From NCBI GenBank assembly GCA_037969625.1, contig JBBKXT010000197.1, forward strand, positions 1,433-65,432: a DNA stretch of 64,000 bases, given 5' to 3'. The stretch is from Saprospiraceae bacterium. GTDB lineage: Bacteria; Bacteroidota; Bacteroidia; Chitinophagales; Saprospiraceae. Below are positions 10,273 through 20,970 of the stretch, in pieces; positions within the stretch are counted from its first letter, which is position 1, and every line of letters starts with the position of its first letter. The translations under genes and the position numbers were made by a program. Below the pieces are notes generated by a model. The model was not told the origin of the DNA and did not search any database. It was given only the letters and a program-made list of their open reading frames with translations.

Positions 10273-11088
10273 TTAATATTGTTCCTTATCATTTGGAAAA
10301 TCTCCGGACCGAACATCCTGAACATAGTCACCGATCGCTTTATGCATGGCATCATACATGTTCAAGTAGCGTCTAAGAAAACGAGGATGAAAATCATGCG
10401 TCAAGCCGATCATATCGTGAATCACCAAAACTTGCCCATCAGTGCCGTTGCCGGCCCCTATACCAATCGTTGGGATGGATAATGACTGACTCACCTCTGT
10501 GGCTAATGCAGCAGGTATTTTTTCAAGAACTAGTGAAAAGCAACCCAGTTCCTGCAAAAGCAAGGAATCATTTTTAAGTGTTTCAGCCTCCTCGTCCTCT
10601 TTGGCGCGTACCACGTAGGTTCCAAACTTATAAATGGATTGTGGCGTAAGGCCCAAATGCCCCATGACAGGAACACCGGCAGAAAGAATCCTGGTGATCG
10701 ATTCGCCTATTTCTTTTCCTCCCTCCATCTTTACGGCATGCGCCCCTGATTCTTTCATGATGCGTACAGCGGATTCTAGCGCTAGTTTGCTATTGCCCTG
10801 ATAACTGCCAAACGGAAGATCTACAACGACCAATGCTTTTGAAACGGCTCTGACAACGGAAGAGGCATGATAGATCATTTGATCAAGGGTGATCGGCAAG
10901 GTGGTTTCATGACCCGCCATGACATTGGAGGCACTATCGCCTACCAGGATAATATCTATCCCGGCATCATCCAGAATCCGGGCCATAGAGAAGTCATAAC
11001 CCGTGAGCATGGCTATCTTTTCACCGGCTGCTTTCATCTCCAGGATGGTATGGGTCGTTATCCGTTTTGCTTTACTATGTATTGACAT
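10273..11088 (-). CDS. panB: 3-methyl-2-oxobutanoate hydroxymethyltransferase
   Basis: 271 aa with typical PanB sequence ([26 protein letters not shown]). Confidence 0.95.
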   Translation of the reverse strand: MSIHSKAKRITTHTILEMKAAGEKIAMLTGYDFSMARILDDAGIDIILVGDSASNVMAGHETTLPITLDQMIYHASSVVRAVSKALVVVDLPFGSYQGNSKLALESAVRIMKESGAHAVKMEGGKEIGESITRILSAGVPVMGHLGLTPQSIYKFGTYVVRAKEDEEAETLKNDSLLLQELGCFSLVLEKIPAALATEVSQSLSIPTIGIGAGNGTDGQVLVIHDMIGLTHDFHPRFLRRYLNMYDAMHKAIGDYVQDVRSGDFPNDKEQY

Positions 11089-11226
11089 GGTGCTGAGTCT
11101 GGTAAAAAAAGGTTAGAAAGTGCATCAAAGATAAAAGCAGTATCGAATACGAAAGAGATTTGTCCCTTGCTATTCATTTATATGTATTTCATAGGTGGAG
11201 AAACTATAAAACCTTATTTTCGCCGC

Positions 11227-12204
11227 ATGAAATGGATTTTTTCGCTCGTTATCGCTGGTTTTCTCTTCACTGCCTGTAATAATGACCTGGTGGTGATCGA
11301 CAATTGGAAGAATATTCCTGTGGTATGGGGATTCGTTGCCAAAAGTGATACCGCACACTATATAAAAGTACAAAAGGCCTTTCTGGATCCAAATACTTCC
11401 GCCTTTGTGACCGCACAGGTTCCGGACTCGCTGTATTATCATGAGGCCACTGTGACACTGAAGCATATTGCGTCAAATCAAACCTATACACTCACGAAAG
11501 TAGATGGTAATCTCGAAGGGTACCCTTTGGAGCCGGGTGTTTTTGCCAATTCCCCAAATTATCTCTACAAAATCAAGGCAAATGAGATTGATTTGGTAGC
11601 GGGCGATAAATATGAGTTTTCCTTAGTACGCGATGGTATTCAAACACCCGTCACGGCCCAAACAATTATACTTTCTGCCCCTGTGATCCGCGCTCCTTCT
11701 GTGGGTACAGCCCTATTGTTTAAAACCAATACAAGCTTTAATTTCGATTGGAATGATATCCCTGATGCAGGTATTTTTGATCTTCATATGCGTTTTAACT
11801 ACAGTGAAAAGTCACCTGAGACCGGAAATATTTACGAACCACAATCCATTGAATGGACAGTCGCTCAAGGATTAGTGGAGTCAAAATTCAGAATGGATGG
11901 GAGCGACTTTTATAATTCGATCAATGCCAATATCGAGGATAATCCCCAAGCCACCCGATTGATCGGAACGGTTGATATTATCATTTGGTGCGGTGGACAA
12001 GAACTCGAGGAGTATATTACAGTTGCTCTAGCGAATACAGGGATCACCAGCACACAAGATTTTCCGGAATACACCAATCTCAGCGAAGGCAAAGGGATTT
12101 TTACTTCCCGTAATGTGGCCGATATCATGGGCTATGGCTTTAATGATCAAACGCTCGATAGCCTTAGAGATGGTAGTATCACCGGTCACCTGAACTTCCA
12201 ATAA
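11227..12204 (+). CDS. Hypothetical lipoprotein
   Basis: The track ORF begins at 11167. The ATG at 11227 gives MKWIFSLVIAGFLFTAC, a clean lipoprotein signal, so I prefer that start. No family is assigned. Confidence 0.65.
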   Translation: MKWIFSLVIAGFLFTACNNDLVVIDNWKNIPVVWGFVAKSDTAHYIKVQKAFLDPNTSAFVTAQVPDSLYYHEATVTLKHIASNQTYTLTKVDGNLEGYPLEPGVFANSPNYLYKIKANEIDLVAGDKYEFSLVRDGIQTPVTAQTIILSAPVIRAPSVGTALLFKTNTSFNFDWNDIPDAGIFDLHMRFNYSEKSPETGNIYEPQSIEWTVAQGLVESKFRMDGSDFYNSINANIEDNPQATRLIGTVDIIIWCGGQELEEYITVALANTGITSTQDFPEYTNLSEGKGIFTSRNVADIMGYGFNDQTLDSLRDGSITGHLNFQ

Positions 12205-12412
12205 CGTACCCACAGCAATATTTCTATTCTAATTCCAATTGGAAGAGTTCTGCCTATTTGTCAGTCAAATGGTAGTGATTGCTGACAATTTCTACTGCTA
12301 TTTTCCTCTTTTGGCATAAAATTCCTGAATTTTCCTGATGGCACAAGCCTTGATTAAGAAGAGTATATGGATGAAAAATCCACTTTAAAAAACTTTAAAA
12401 CAACTTAAGAAT

Positions 12413-14335
12413 ATGGGTAAAATAATAGGAATAGATTTAGGAACGACCAATTCCTGCGTAGCTGTGATTGAGGGAAGTGAGCCCACTGTCATCGCCAATG
12501 ATGAAGGAAGAAGAACAACTCCCTCCATTGTTGCCTTTTTGGATAATGGCGAGCGAAAAGTAGGGGATCCGGCCAAAAGACAAGCGATCACCAATGCAAA
12601 GCGTACCGTATACTCGATTAAACGATTTATGGGGGCACGCTTTAGCGAAATTTCAAAAGAAGCCGGAAGAGTTACTTATCCGGTCATCAGCGGACCCAAC
12701 GATACCGTAAAAGTAGATATCGATGGTCGCCAATACACGGCTCAGGAGATATCTGCTATCGTCCTTCAGAAAATGAAGAAGGTAGCCGAAGATTATCTGG
12801 GACATGAAGTGACAGAAGCAGTCGTCACAGTACCTGCTTACTTCAATGATTCACAACGTCAGGCAACGAAAGAAGCCGGTGAAATAGCCGGTCTGAAAGT
12901 AAGCCGTATCATCAATGAGCCAACGGCTGCAGCACTTGCTTACGGTCTGGACAAGAAAGATAAAGACATGACCATCGCTGTCTATGACCTCGGTGGTGGA
13001 ACATTTGATATCTCCATTCTCGAGTTAGGAGATGGTGTGTTTGAAGTGAAATCAACTAATGGTGATACACACCTTGGAGGAGATGACTTTGACCATGAAA
13101 TCATCGACTGGTTAGCCGCAGAGTTCATCAAACAAGAAAACATAGACCTACGAAAAGATCCAATGGCCTTGCAGCGTCTGAAAGAAGCTGCTGAACGCGC
13201 CAAAGTGGAGCTTTCAAGCGGTTTGGAGACAAGTATTACTCTGCCTTATGTAACTGCGGTAGATGGAGTGCCAAAGCACCTTGATGTAAAATTGACAAGA
13301 GCTAAGTTTGAGCAGATGTGTTCAGATCTAATTGAACGCACACTGCGCCCTTGTGAAGAAGCCATCAAAGATGCCGGTATCGCAAAAGGTGATATCGATG
13401 AAATCATCCTGGTGGGTGGATCAACACGTATCCCGGCGATTCAGGCAGCTGTTGAGAAGTTTTTTGGAAAGAAGCCAAGCAAAGGGGTTAATCCGGATGA
13501 AGTAGTAGCCATTGGTGCTGCGATTCAAGGAGGTGTGCTGAGCGGTGATGTACAAGATGTTCTGCTGTTGGATGTGACACCACTGTCGATGGGTATCGAA
13601 ACAATGGGTGGAATCTATGATGTAGTGATCGAGTCGAATAGCACGATTCCTACCAAGAAATCAAAAGTGTATTCGACGGCTTCGGACAACCAGCCTTCTG
13701 TAGAAATTCATATTCTACAAGGAGAGCGCAAGATGGCCAAAGACAACAGACCCGTAGGACGTTTTATCCTGGACGGTATTCCACCGGCACCAAGAGGAAC
13801 GCCTCAGGTAGAAGTAGTCTTTGACATCGATGCGAATGGAATCTTGAATGTATCCGCGGTCGATAAAGGCACCGGCAAACAACAATCCATCCGAATCGAA
13901 GCCAGTACCGGATTGTCAAAAGAAGAAGTGGCCAGAATGAAAGCAGAAGCAGAAGCAAATGCAGATGCCGATAAAACAGCCGCCGAACAAGCAGAGAAAA
14001 TCAATGCCGCCGATGCGCTTGTATTCCAAACGGAAAAGCAACTCAAAGAATACGGCGATAAGATTCCTGCAGACAAAAAGGAAGCTATTGAATCAGCCTT
14101 GGCCACCTTAAAGACTGCACATACCTCCAGAGAGTTGAGTCAGATAGATCCGGCACTCGAAGCATTGAATACAGCATGGCAAGCAGCGAGTCAGGATATC
14201 TACCAGGCGCAGCAGGAAGCCGGTCAGCAAGAAGGAGGAGCTCCTGAAAGCGCCGCTGAAAGCAATGGTGAAAGTAAAGACGATGATGTCACCGATGTAG
14301 AATTTGAAGAAATGGATAACAGTAATAAGAATTAA
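12413..14335 (+). CDS. dnaK: Molecular chaperone DnaK (Hsp70)
   Basis: 640 aa with the canonical Hsp70 signatures [18 protein letters not shown] and VGGSTRIP. Confidence 0.98.
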   Translation: MGKIIGIDLGTTNSCVAVIEGSEPTVIANDEGRRTTPSIVAFLDNGERKVGDPAKRQAITNAKRTVYSIKRFMGARFSEISKEAGRVTYPVISGPNDTVKVDIDGRQYTAQEISAIVLQKMKKVAEDYLGHEVTEAVVTVPAYFNDSQRQATKEAGEIAGLKVSRIINEPTAAALAYGLDKKDKDMTIAVYDLGGGTFDISILELGDGVFEVKSTNGDTHLGGDDFDHEIIDWLAAEFIKQENIDLRKDPMALQRLKEAAERAKVELSSGLETSITLPYVTAVDGVPKHLDVKLTRAKFEQMCSDLIERTLRPCEEAIKDAGIAKGDIDEIILVGGSTRIPAIQAAVEKFFGKKPSKGVNPDEVVAIGAAIQGGVLSGDVQDVLLLDVTPLSMGIETMGGIYDVVIESNSTIPTKKSKVYSTASDNQPSVEIHILQGERKMAKDNRPVGRFILDGIPPAPRGTPQVEVVFDIDANGILNVSAVDKGTGKQQSIRIEASTGLSKEEVARMKAEAEANADADKTAAEQAEKINAADALVFQTEKQLKEYGDKIPADKKEAIESALATLKTAHTSRELSQIDPALEALNTAWQAASQDIYQAQQEAGQQEGGAPESAAESNGESKDDDVTDVEFEEMDNSNKN

Positions 14336-14360
14336 TAACTGAACCAATAATTCAATTGAA

Positions 14361-14394
14361 AAGGCAAGGAGCATGTGCTCTTCGCCTTTTTTTT
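14361..14394 (+). terminator. Probable rho-independent terminator of dnaK
   Basis: Imperfect GC-rich hairpin aaggcaaggagc/gctcttcgcctt followed by TTTTTTT. Confidence 0.6.
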
Positions 14395-14434
14395 ATGACT
14401 ACAATTTAAACTTCAAAAATCGGCGTTCGTTAAT

Positions 14435-14503
14435 CCTTGTTCGATATTCCGCTCAAGCGGAATATATGCCTTGTTCGGTGATCAATTTGATATAAGAACA
14501 AGG
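14435..14503. repeat. Composite palindromic element in the dnaK/tsaD convergent spacer
   Basis: Perfect 9-bp hairpin atattccgc-tcaa-gcggaatat (14444-14465). It is flanked by direct repeats ccttgttcg (14435-14443 and 14469-14477). The inverted copy gaacaagg lies at 14496-14503. Confidence 0.6.
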
Positions 14504-14603
14504 AACACTGATTGACGATTAAGAATTTTTTACTATCCATTTTAATAGATAGTCAAATAGAAAGATAAGAGGTTTGTGGCAGAATCACGCCAAAGAATTA
14601 ATA

Positions 14604-15611
14604 TCACATCCCCCTCACATATGGCTTTGCATCCAGTGCAGAAAAATTCCCAGCCTGATATTGCAGATATCCCGCCATAGCAATCATCCCAGCATTATCT
14701 GTACAATACTGCATCGCTGGAAAGTAAAGGTTCCAATCGTTTTCTTTTCCCATTTCAGTGAGTTTTTCTCGCAAGCCTGAGTTGGCCGCAACACCGCCGG
14801 CAATGGCAATTTCGTGGATGTCAAATTGCATAGCTGCGGAATACATCTTTCGACTGAGGATATCTACAAGGGTATGCTGAATACTGGAGCAGATATCGTT
14901 TATGTTTTTTTCAACAAAGTCAATATCCTTTTTCTTTTCATCACGAAGGAAATACATAATGGCTGTTTTGACACCACTAAAACTAAAATCAAGTCCTTCA
15001 ATTTGTGGGATCGGAAATTTATAACGAGGCTCTCCAAGCCTAGCCATCTTGTCAATCAATGGTCCGGCAGGATAGGGTAGACCAAGTAGTTTTCCGGATT
15101 TGTCAAATGCTTCTCCAACTGCATCGTCTAAGGTTTGCCCCAGCACTTCAAAATCATCATAGCCTTTGACCAAAACAATCTGTGTATGGCCCCCGGAAAC
15201 GGTGAGACACAGAAATGGAAATGCTGGTTTGGGTTCATCAATGAAATGAGACAGCACGTGCGCCTTCATGTGATTGACGGCAATGAATGGAATGTTCAGG
15301 CTGAGCGCCATAGCTTTCGCAAAACTCAATCCAACCGTCAAAGAACCCATGAGTCCCGGACCGGTAGTACAGGCAATGGCATTTAGTTGATCGAGTGAGA
15401 TATTGGCCTGTTTGAGTGCCGCATCGACCACGATCGCAATATTCTCCTGATGCATCCGTGAGGCGACTTCGGGCACGATGCCGCCATATTTCGCATGGAT
15501 CGCCTGACTGGCGATGATATTACTCAAGACCTCCCCATCCCGGATGACGCCGGCAGAAGTATCATCGCAGGAAGACTCAATAGCCAGAATACAGATGGTC
15601 GTTTTCTCCAT
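14604..15611 (-). CDS. tsaD: tRNA N6-adenosine threonylcarbamoyltransferase TsaD
   Basis: 335 aa with the Kae1/Gcp family pattern (ILAIESSCDDTS, VSGGHT, IAGGVAAN). Confidence 0.95.
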   Translation of the reverse strand: MEKTTICILAIESSCDDTSAGVIRDGEVLSNIIASQAIHAKYGGIVPEVASRMHQENIAIVVDAALKQANISLDQLNAIACTTGPGLMGSLTVGLSFAKAMALSLNIPFIAVNHMKAHVLSHFIDEPKPAFPFLCLTVSGGHTQIVLVKGYDDFEVLGQTLDDAVGEAFDKSGKLLGLPYPAGPLIDKMARLGEPRYKFPIPQIEGLDFSFSGVKTAIMYFLRDEKKKDIDFVEKNINDICSSIQHTLVDILSRKMYSAAMQFDIHEIAIAGGVAANSGLREKLTEMGKENDWNLYFPAMQYCTDNAGMIAMAGYLQYQAGNFSALDAKPYVRGM

Positions 15612-15819
15612 AGAGCAAAAATAAAACTATTCTGCCTATGGAATATCGAATAGAGCCGTTGTTGGCGTTTGCTCCAACGATTTGTGTTCTATAGTGAATT
15701 CATATTCAGCGTTCAGGCATATTTGCCGTGAATCACCAGAGACTACCGGCCATATTGCTGAAATTCCCTATCATTGTTGGCTTGTTTTTTGTTTAACGGA
15801 AGCAAGAATTGAGATTTTA

Positions 15820-16584
15820 ATGGCCGATCCTGTGAACTTACCTGATTTAATTATTTCATTGTCGCACGACAATGTCAGGTTACAGCTGTTGGACAATGCC
15901 AATACAGGCATAGATCCATGGGATGCCAATTATCCCATTGAAGCCCTTTTTAGCGAAGAGGAGTTGTCCCAGGTTTTTGATACAGCACTGAATGCCAATC
16001 CCGCATTGATTGATCAGTTTAATCAAGTAGAAGTGGTGGTGGTCGATAGCCCGAATCTATGTTTGCCGGAGCATTACGGCGCGGATGATACCTGGTCAGC
16101 GATTGCCGGCCGATACCTGAGGAATAGAAAAGGCGACAAACTCATTTCTGACGCTATCGCCGACGATTCTCTTTTAGCATACAACCTTCCTTTAGGAGCG
16201 ATCAACCTCATTCACGAGTATTATGCGAATGCCGGTCAGCAACATTTGATTTCTATTCTCTGGAGCGCGATCCATGATCACGTAAAGGATTTGCCCGATA
16301 CAGGACTCCGATTGTTCTATGCCCTCAAAGGCAAAACACTCATCGTGCTGGGTGCATCCGCCGGTAAATTGGTTTTTACCAAAATATATTTTGTACCGGA
16401 AAAAGAAGATGTACATTATTATACAATCGCTTGCCATAAGTTGATGCAACCAGTTGATAGTTGGCTCGTTACGCTAGAGGGTGAGGTGAATAGCTTTAAG
16501 CTCGAAGACGTGCCTGATTTCCGATTCCAACACACACTGACACTACCGGATACAGCCACCTTAGTGGCTCGCCACAGATCATGA
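15820..16584 (+). CDS. Hypothetical protein, possibly the DUF3822-type family that often precedes rsmD in Bacteroidota
   Basis: The track ORF begins at 15682. The ATG at 15820 (MADPVNLPDL...) is the more plausible start. It has a 4-nt stop/start overlap with rsmD. The family assignment comes from remembered synteny only. Confidence 0.55.
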   Translation: MADPVNLPDLIISLSHDNVRLQLLDNANTGIDPWDANYPIEALFSEEELSQVFDTALNANPALIDQFNQVEVVVVDSPNLCLPEHYGADDTWSAIAGRYLRNRKGDKLISDAIADDSLLAYNLPLGAINLIHEYYANAGQQHLISILWSAIHDHVKDLPDTGLRLFYALKGKTLIVLGASAGKLVFTKIYFVPEKEDVHYYTIACHKLMQPVDSWLVTLEGEVNSFKLEDVPDFRFQHTLTLPDTATLVARHRS

Positions 16585-17120
16585 GAGTGATCGGCGGACA
16601 ATGGCGCGGAAGACGTATTCAGATGCCATCCAAAAAGTGGCCGGTCAGACCCACGACGGATTTCGCTAGAGAAGCCCTGTTCAATATCCTCGACAATCGA
16701 TTGGATTATGAAGCCTCCAGCGCCCTTGATTTGTTCGGCGGCACCGGGATTCATTGCATCGAACTGGCGTCAAGAGGTTGCCTGGATATCACCTATGTCG
16801 ATCGATACAAGCAGAGCGTCACGTTCATGAAAGAATTGGCGAAAGAAATGGAGATGCCCATAAATGCAGTTTTCAGTGATGTCTATAAGTTTATCGAAAA
16901 GACTGAGCGACAATGGGATTATGTCTTTGCAGATCCACCTTATGACATGACCGGGATTGAATATTTCCCATCTAAAGTACTCGAATCGACAATCCTCAAA
17001 CCTGATGGTTTTTTTGTTTTGGAGCATATCGCAACAAAATCCTTTGAAAAAACTGAAGGTTTTCAAGAAGCCCGGCAATATGGCCAAAGTGTTTTTAGCT
17101 TTTTTGCCGCAGGATCGTAA
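16581..17120 (+). CDS. rsmD: 16S rRNA (guanine966-N2)-methyltransferase RsmD
   Basis: 179 aa with MRVIGGQWRGRRI, LDLFGGTG and ADPPY motifs. Confidence 0.9.
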   Translation: MRVIGGQWRGRRIQMPSKKWPVRPTTDFAREALFNILDNRLDYEASSALDLFGGTGIHCIELASRGCLDITYVDRYKQSVTFMKELAKEMEMPINAVFSDVYKFIEKTERQWDYVFADPPYDMTGIEYFPSKVLESTILKPDGFFVLEHIATKSFEKTEGFQEARQYGQSVFSFFAAGS

Positions 17121-17135
17121 CTTTGCCCATTACTC

Positions 17136-18956
17136 ATGAAGGATATAATTAAAGAAATAAAGATCGCTGCCGCAGAAGCAGTCCTCAAAGTCTACGATGT
17201 AACGATTGCCCCGGATGACTTTCTGGTGACACCGACCAAGAAGGAACACCAGGGAGATTATACCCTCGTGACCTTTGCGATAGCCAAAGAATTGCGTCAA
17301 GCACCACCAAAGATCGCTGAATCATTGGGGGCTTTTATGGCGAAAGAATACACCTGGATTAGTGATGTGGAGATCGTGCAAGGATTTTTGAATGTGACGC
17401 TCGCAGATGAATACTGGTCCGTTGTGCTAGGGGAGATGAAAGCATCACCGGACTTTTGGAAGCCTCAACAACCGAGAGAAAAGATACTGGTTGAGTTTTC
17501 TTCCCCAAATACAAACAAGCCACTTCACCTCGGTCACATTCGAAATATTTTATTGGGCTGGTCTACTTATAAAATTCTGGAGGCGTGCGGTCATGAAGTT
17601 TTCCGTGTGCAGATCATCAACGATCGTGGTATTGCTATCTGCAAAAGCATGCTTGCATGGACTCGATTTAGCAATGGTGCCACACCGGAACAAAATAATA
17701 TCAAGAGCGATCATTTTGTAGGAGACTGGTATGTTCGTTTTGAAAAAGAATTTCAGAACGAATACAAAGCATGGCAAGAAACCCCAGAAGCTAATTCTAT
17801 TTTTGAAAAGCGCCCTGATCTTGATTTGGATGAATCGGCCTTCTACAAGTCCTACAAGAATAAATATTTCAATGACCTCAGTTCGCTGGGCAAGGAAGCC
17901 CGTGAACTACTTCTGAAGTGGGAAGCACAGGATCCGGAGACGATTGCTTTGTGGAAAAAAATGAACAGCTGGGTCTATGCAGGTTTTGAAGAAACCTATT
18001 TGAATCTGGGTGTTGCGTTCGACAAATTGTATTACGAAAGTGAAACGTATTTGTTGGGAAAAGGAATTGTTGAGGAAGGTATTAATAAAAAAGTTTTTTA
18101 CCAAAAAGACGATGGCTCTGTTTGGGTCGATCTGACGGATGCCGGACTGGATCATAAAATTCTCTTGCGAAGTGATGGTACTTCCGTGTACATGACGCAG
18201 GATGTGGGGACCGCACAGGCCCGATATAATGAGTTTGGCACGGAACGAATGATATATGTTGTTGCCGACGAACAAAATTATCACTTTCAGGCCTTGTTTG
18301 CGATCATGGCAAAATTAGATGCGCCCTATGCCAATGGCCTGCACCATCTCTCTTATGGAATGGTTGATTTGCCGGAAGGAAAGATGAAGTCAAGAGAAGG
18401 CACGGTGGTCGATGCGGATGACTTGATGAAAACAGTGATCGAAGAAGCAGGCATCGCTGCAGAAGAACGAGAAGCAGTAGATGCTGATGTCATCAGGAAA
18501 ATCGGAATGGCGGCGCTCAAGTATTTTATCATCAAGGTCGATCCGCGCAAGCGCATGACATTTGATCCAAAAGCCTCTGTGGATATGCAAGGCCAGACAG
18601 GTCCTTACATTCAGAATGCCTATGTGCGCATACAGTCGATCATCAGACGAGCAGAAGATAGCGGTGGAAGTTATGCGGGCTATGTCGTGAACGAAGATGA
18701 AAAGACATTGTTGAATATGTTGGGTCAATGTGCTCATGTGATTGAAAATGCAGCGAAAGACTACAGCCCGGCCTTAGTGGCCAATTATGCTTTTTCGCTA
18801 GCGAAAGAATATCACCGATATTATCATGATGTCTCCGTATTAAAAGCGGAATCAGAAATAGCAAAAAATTATCGGTTAGCGCTGATAGGCATCGTAGGAG
18901 AGGTGTTGAAACATACCATGGATTTACTGGGTATTGAAATGCCGGAGCGAATGTAG
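17136..18956 (+). CDS. argS: Arginine--tRNA ligase
   Basis: 606 aa with class I HIGH region (SSPNTNKPLHLGHIRN), the KMKSREG loop and a C-terminal DALR-type anticodon-binding region. Confidence 0.95.
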   Translation: MKDIIKEIKIAAAEAVLKVYDVTIAPDDFLVTPTKKEHQGDYTLVTFAIAKELRQAPPKIAESLGAFMAKEYTWISDVEIVQGFLNVTLADEYWSVVLGEMKASPDFWKPQQPREKILVEFSSPNTNKPLHLGHIRNILLGWSTYKILEACGHEVFRVQIINDRGIAICKSMLAWTRFSNGATPEQNNIKSDHFVGDWYVRFEKEFQNEYKAWQETPEANSIFEKRPDLDLDESAFYKSYKNKYFNDLSSLGKEARELLLKWEAQDPETIALWKKMNSWVYAGFEETYLNLGVAFDKLYYESETYLLGKGIVEEGINKKVFYQKDDGSVWVDLTDAGLDHKILLRSDGTSVYMTQDVGTAQARYNEFGTERMIYVVADEQNYHFQALFAIMAKLDAPYANGLHHLSYGMVDLPEGKMKSREGTVVDADDLMKTVIEEAGIAAEEREAVDADVIRKIGMAALKYFIIKVDPRKRMTFDPKASVDMQGQTGPYIQNAYVRIQSIIRRAEDSGGSYAGYVVNEDEKTLLNMLGQCAHVIENAAKDYSPALVANYAFSLAKEYHRYYHDVSVLKAESEIAKNYRLALIGIVGEVLKHTMDLLGIEMPERM

Positions 18957-19009
18957 GTTTGGCAGTAGGTAGTATTTAAAATTATTTGTGCGTTTGATTA
19001 TTGAAAATT

Positions 19010-20671
19010 ATGGAAGAGACAAGATCATTACATTTTATAGAAGAGATTATCGAAGAAGATATAGCCAATGGCAAACACGATGGACGTGTACACACGCGAT
19101 TCCCACCGGAGCCAAACGGATTCCTTCATATCGGTCATGCCAAGGCGATTTGCATCAATTTTGAGTTGGCCAAAAAATATGGAGGAAAGACAAACCTTCG
19201 ATTTGATGATACCAATCCGACGACGGAAGAAACGATGTACGTGGATGCGATCAGAGCGGATATCAAATGGCTTGGATACAATTGGGAAGACCGGGAGTAT
19301 TATGCCTCTGATTACTTTGATCAGCTGTATGGATTTGCACTGGATCTGATTGATAAAGGTCTCGCATACGTTGATGATAGTTCCGTTGAGCAAATCGCAG
19401 AGCAAAAAGGGACACCGACGACACCAGGAAAAAACAGTCCTTTCCGAGATCGATCGATCGACGAAAACAGAGACCTTTTTACGGGTATGAAGAATGGTGA
19501 TTTTCCTGACGGTAGTCGCGTACTGCGTGCAAAAGTCGATATGACCTCACCGAACATGCATATGCGTGATCCGGTCATCTATCGCATCAAGAGGCAGTCA
19601 CATCATCGCACCGGTGATAAGTGGTGCATCTATCCGATGTATGATTTTGCACACGGACAGAGCGATAGTATCGAAGGGATTACACATTCACTTTGTTCGC
19701 TGGAATTCAGACATCACCGTCCATTGTACGATTGGTTGATTGAGAGTCTTGAGATATTTCCAAGTCGACAGATCGAGTTTGCGCGAATGAATGTCACCTA
19801 CATGATCACATCCAAAAGACGATTGATGCAATTGGTCAAGGAGAATCTTGTGACCGGTTGGGACGATGCGCGCATGCCTACATTGAGTGGTTTGCGACGA
19901 CGAGGTTATCCGCCGGCAGCTATTCGTGTCTTTTGTGACAAAGTGGGTGTGGCCAAACGCGATAATTGGATCGAAGTGGAACTCCTCGAGTCATGTGTCC
20001 GTACAGAACTGAACCGAACAGCATTGCGTAGAATGGTCGTGTTAGATCCGGTGAAGTTGATCATTACCAATTATCCGGAAGGCCAAACAGAAATGCTTCC
20101 ATCAGAGAATAATCCGGAAGATGATAATGCCGGTACACGCGAGATGCCTTTCAGTCGTGAGTTGTGGATAGAAAGAGATGACTTTATGTTGGATCCACCA
20201 AAGAAGTTTTTCCGATTAGCACCGGGCGCCACCTGCCGATTAAAAAGCGCTTACATTCTCACTTGTGAAAATACAGTGGTCGATGAAATAACCAAAGAAG
20301 TGGTTGAAATTCATTGTAAATATTATCCTGATTCAAAGAGTGGTTCAGATAATAGTGGGATAAAAGCCAAAGGTACGCTTCATTGGGTGAATGCAGCCAC
20401 TGCCCTGGATGGAGAAGTGCGCTTGTATGAACGATTATTCACCACCGAAAATCCACTTGAAGAAGGAGCTGATTTTTTGAGTAAAGTAAATCCGGATTCC
20501 ATAAAAGTTTTGGAGAATGTCAAACTCGAACCATCGCTAGCTGAATCAAATGTGGGAGATGCTTTTCAGTTTTTACGTCAGGGATATTTTACAAAAGATC
20601 CCGATTCGAACAGTGATCGGATGGTGTTTAATCAAACTGTTTCCTTAAAGGAAGGGTGGACCGGGAAGTAG
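19010..20671 (+). CDS. glnS: Glutamine--tRNA ligase
   Basis: The track ORF starts at a TTG at 19001. The first ATG is at 19010 (MEETRSLHFIEE...). HIGH motif PEPNGFLHIGHAK and the MSKS-type VTYMITSKRRL are present. The length fits GlnS. Confidence 0.95.
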   Translation: MEETRSLHFIEEIIEEDIANGKHDGRVHTRFPPEPNGFLHIGHAKAICINFELAKKYGGKTNLRFDDTNPTTEETMYVDAIRADIKWLGYNWEDREYYASDYFDQLYGFALDLIDKGLAYVDDSSVEQIAEQKGTPTTPGKNSPFRDRSIDENRDLFTGMKNGDFPDGSRVLRAKVDMTSPNMHMRDPVIYRIKRQSHHRTGDKWCIYPMYDFAHGQSDSIEGITHSLCSLEFRHHRPLYDWLIESLEIFPSRQIEFARMNVTYMITSKRRLMQLVKENLVTGWDDARMPTLSGLRRRGYPPAAIRVFCDKVGVAKRDNWIEVELLESCVRTELNRTALRRMVVLDPVKLIITNYPEGQTEMLPSENNPEDDNAGTREMPFSRELWIERDDFMLDPPKKFFRLAPGATCRLKSAYILTCENTVVDEITKEVVEIHCKYYPDSKSGSDNSGIKAKGTLHWVNAATALDGEVRLYERLFTTENPLEEGADFLSKVNPDSIKVLENVKLEPSLAESNVGDAFQFLRQGYFTKDPDSNSDRMVFNQTVSLKEGWTGK

Positions 20672-20683
20672 TGAGGATCACGG

Positions 20684-20960
20684 GAACCTCTAATAACCGA
20701 TTAGAAGATGAATGCTCCCCTTTAGGGCAGGCCTGATTTATTCTCATTGTCTTTTACGATTGGGCGGTGCCCAACCTTATGGTATGTTGCCCCTTCAGGG
20801 CTTTTTATAGCAACCCTAGCCCGCCTCAGGCGGGGCGACATACTTTTCTTCACCGATAAGTCTTTGATGGGGCTAAAACAACTTTATCGCTTATCACCCT
20901 TATCGGGAGGGTCGAACGGGTTGTGGGCAAAAGGCGTGTATTCAGGGTTATTAGAGGTTC
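20684..20960. other. 277-bp intergenic element bounded by perfect 15-bp inverted repeats; candidate structured ncRNA or MITE
   Basis: gaacctctaataacc (20684-20698) pairs with ggttattagaggttc (20946-20960). Internal GC-rich hairpins lie at 20789-20801 and 20819-20836. ccgataag (20853-20860) pairs perfectly over 8 bp with cttatcgg (20899-20906). The element sits between the convergent genes glnS and DUF5683. Confidence 0.5.
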
Positions 20961-20970
20961 ACTTTATGTT

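Noticed and set aside
12258-12288. Inverted repeat ttgtcag-N17-ctgacaa upstream of dnaK considered as a heat-shock operator; I also looked for CIRCE.
   Set aside because: The arms are only 7 bp, which is within chance expectation. No CIRCE-like TTAGCACTC-N9-GAGTGCTAA is present.
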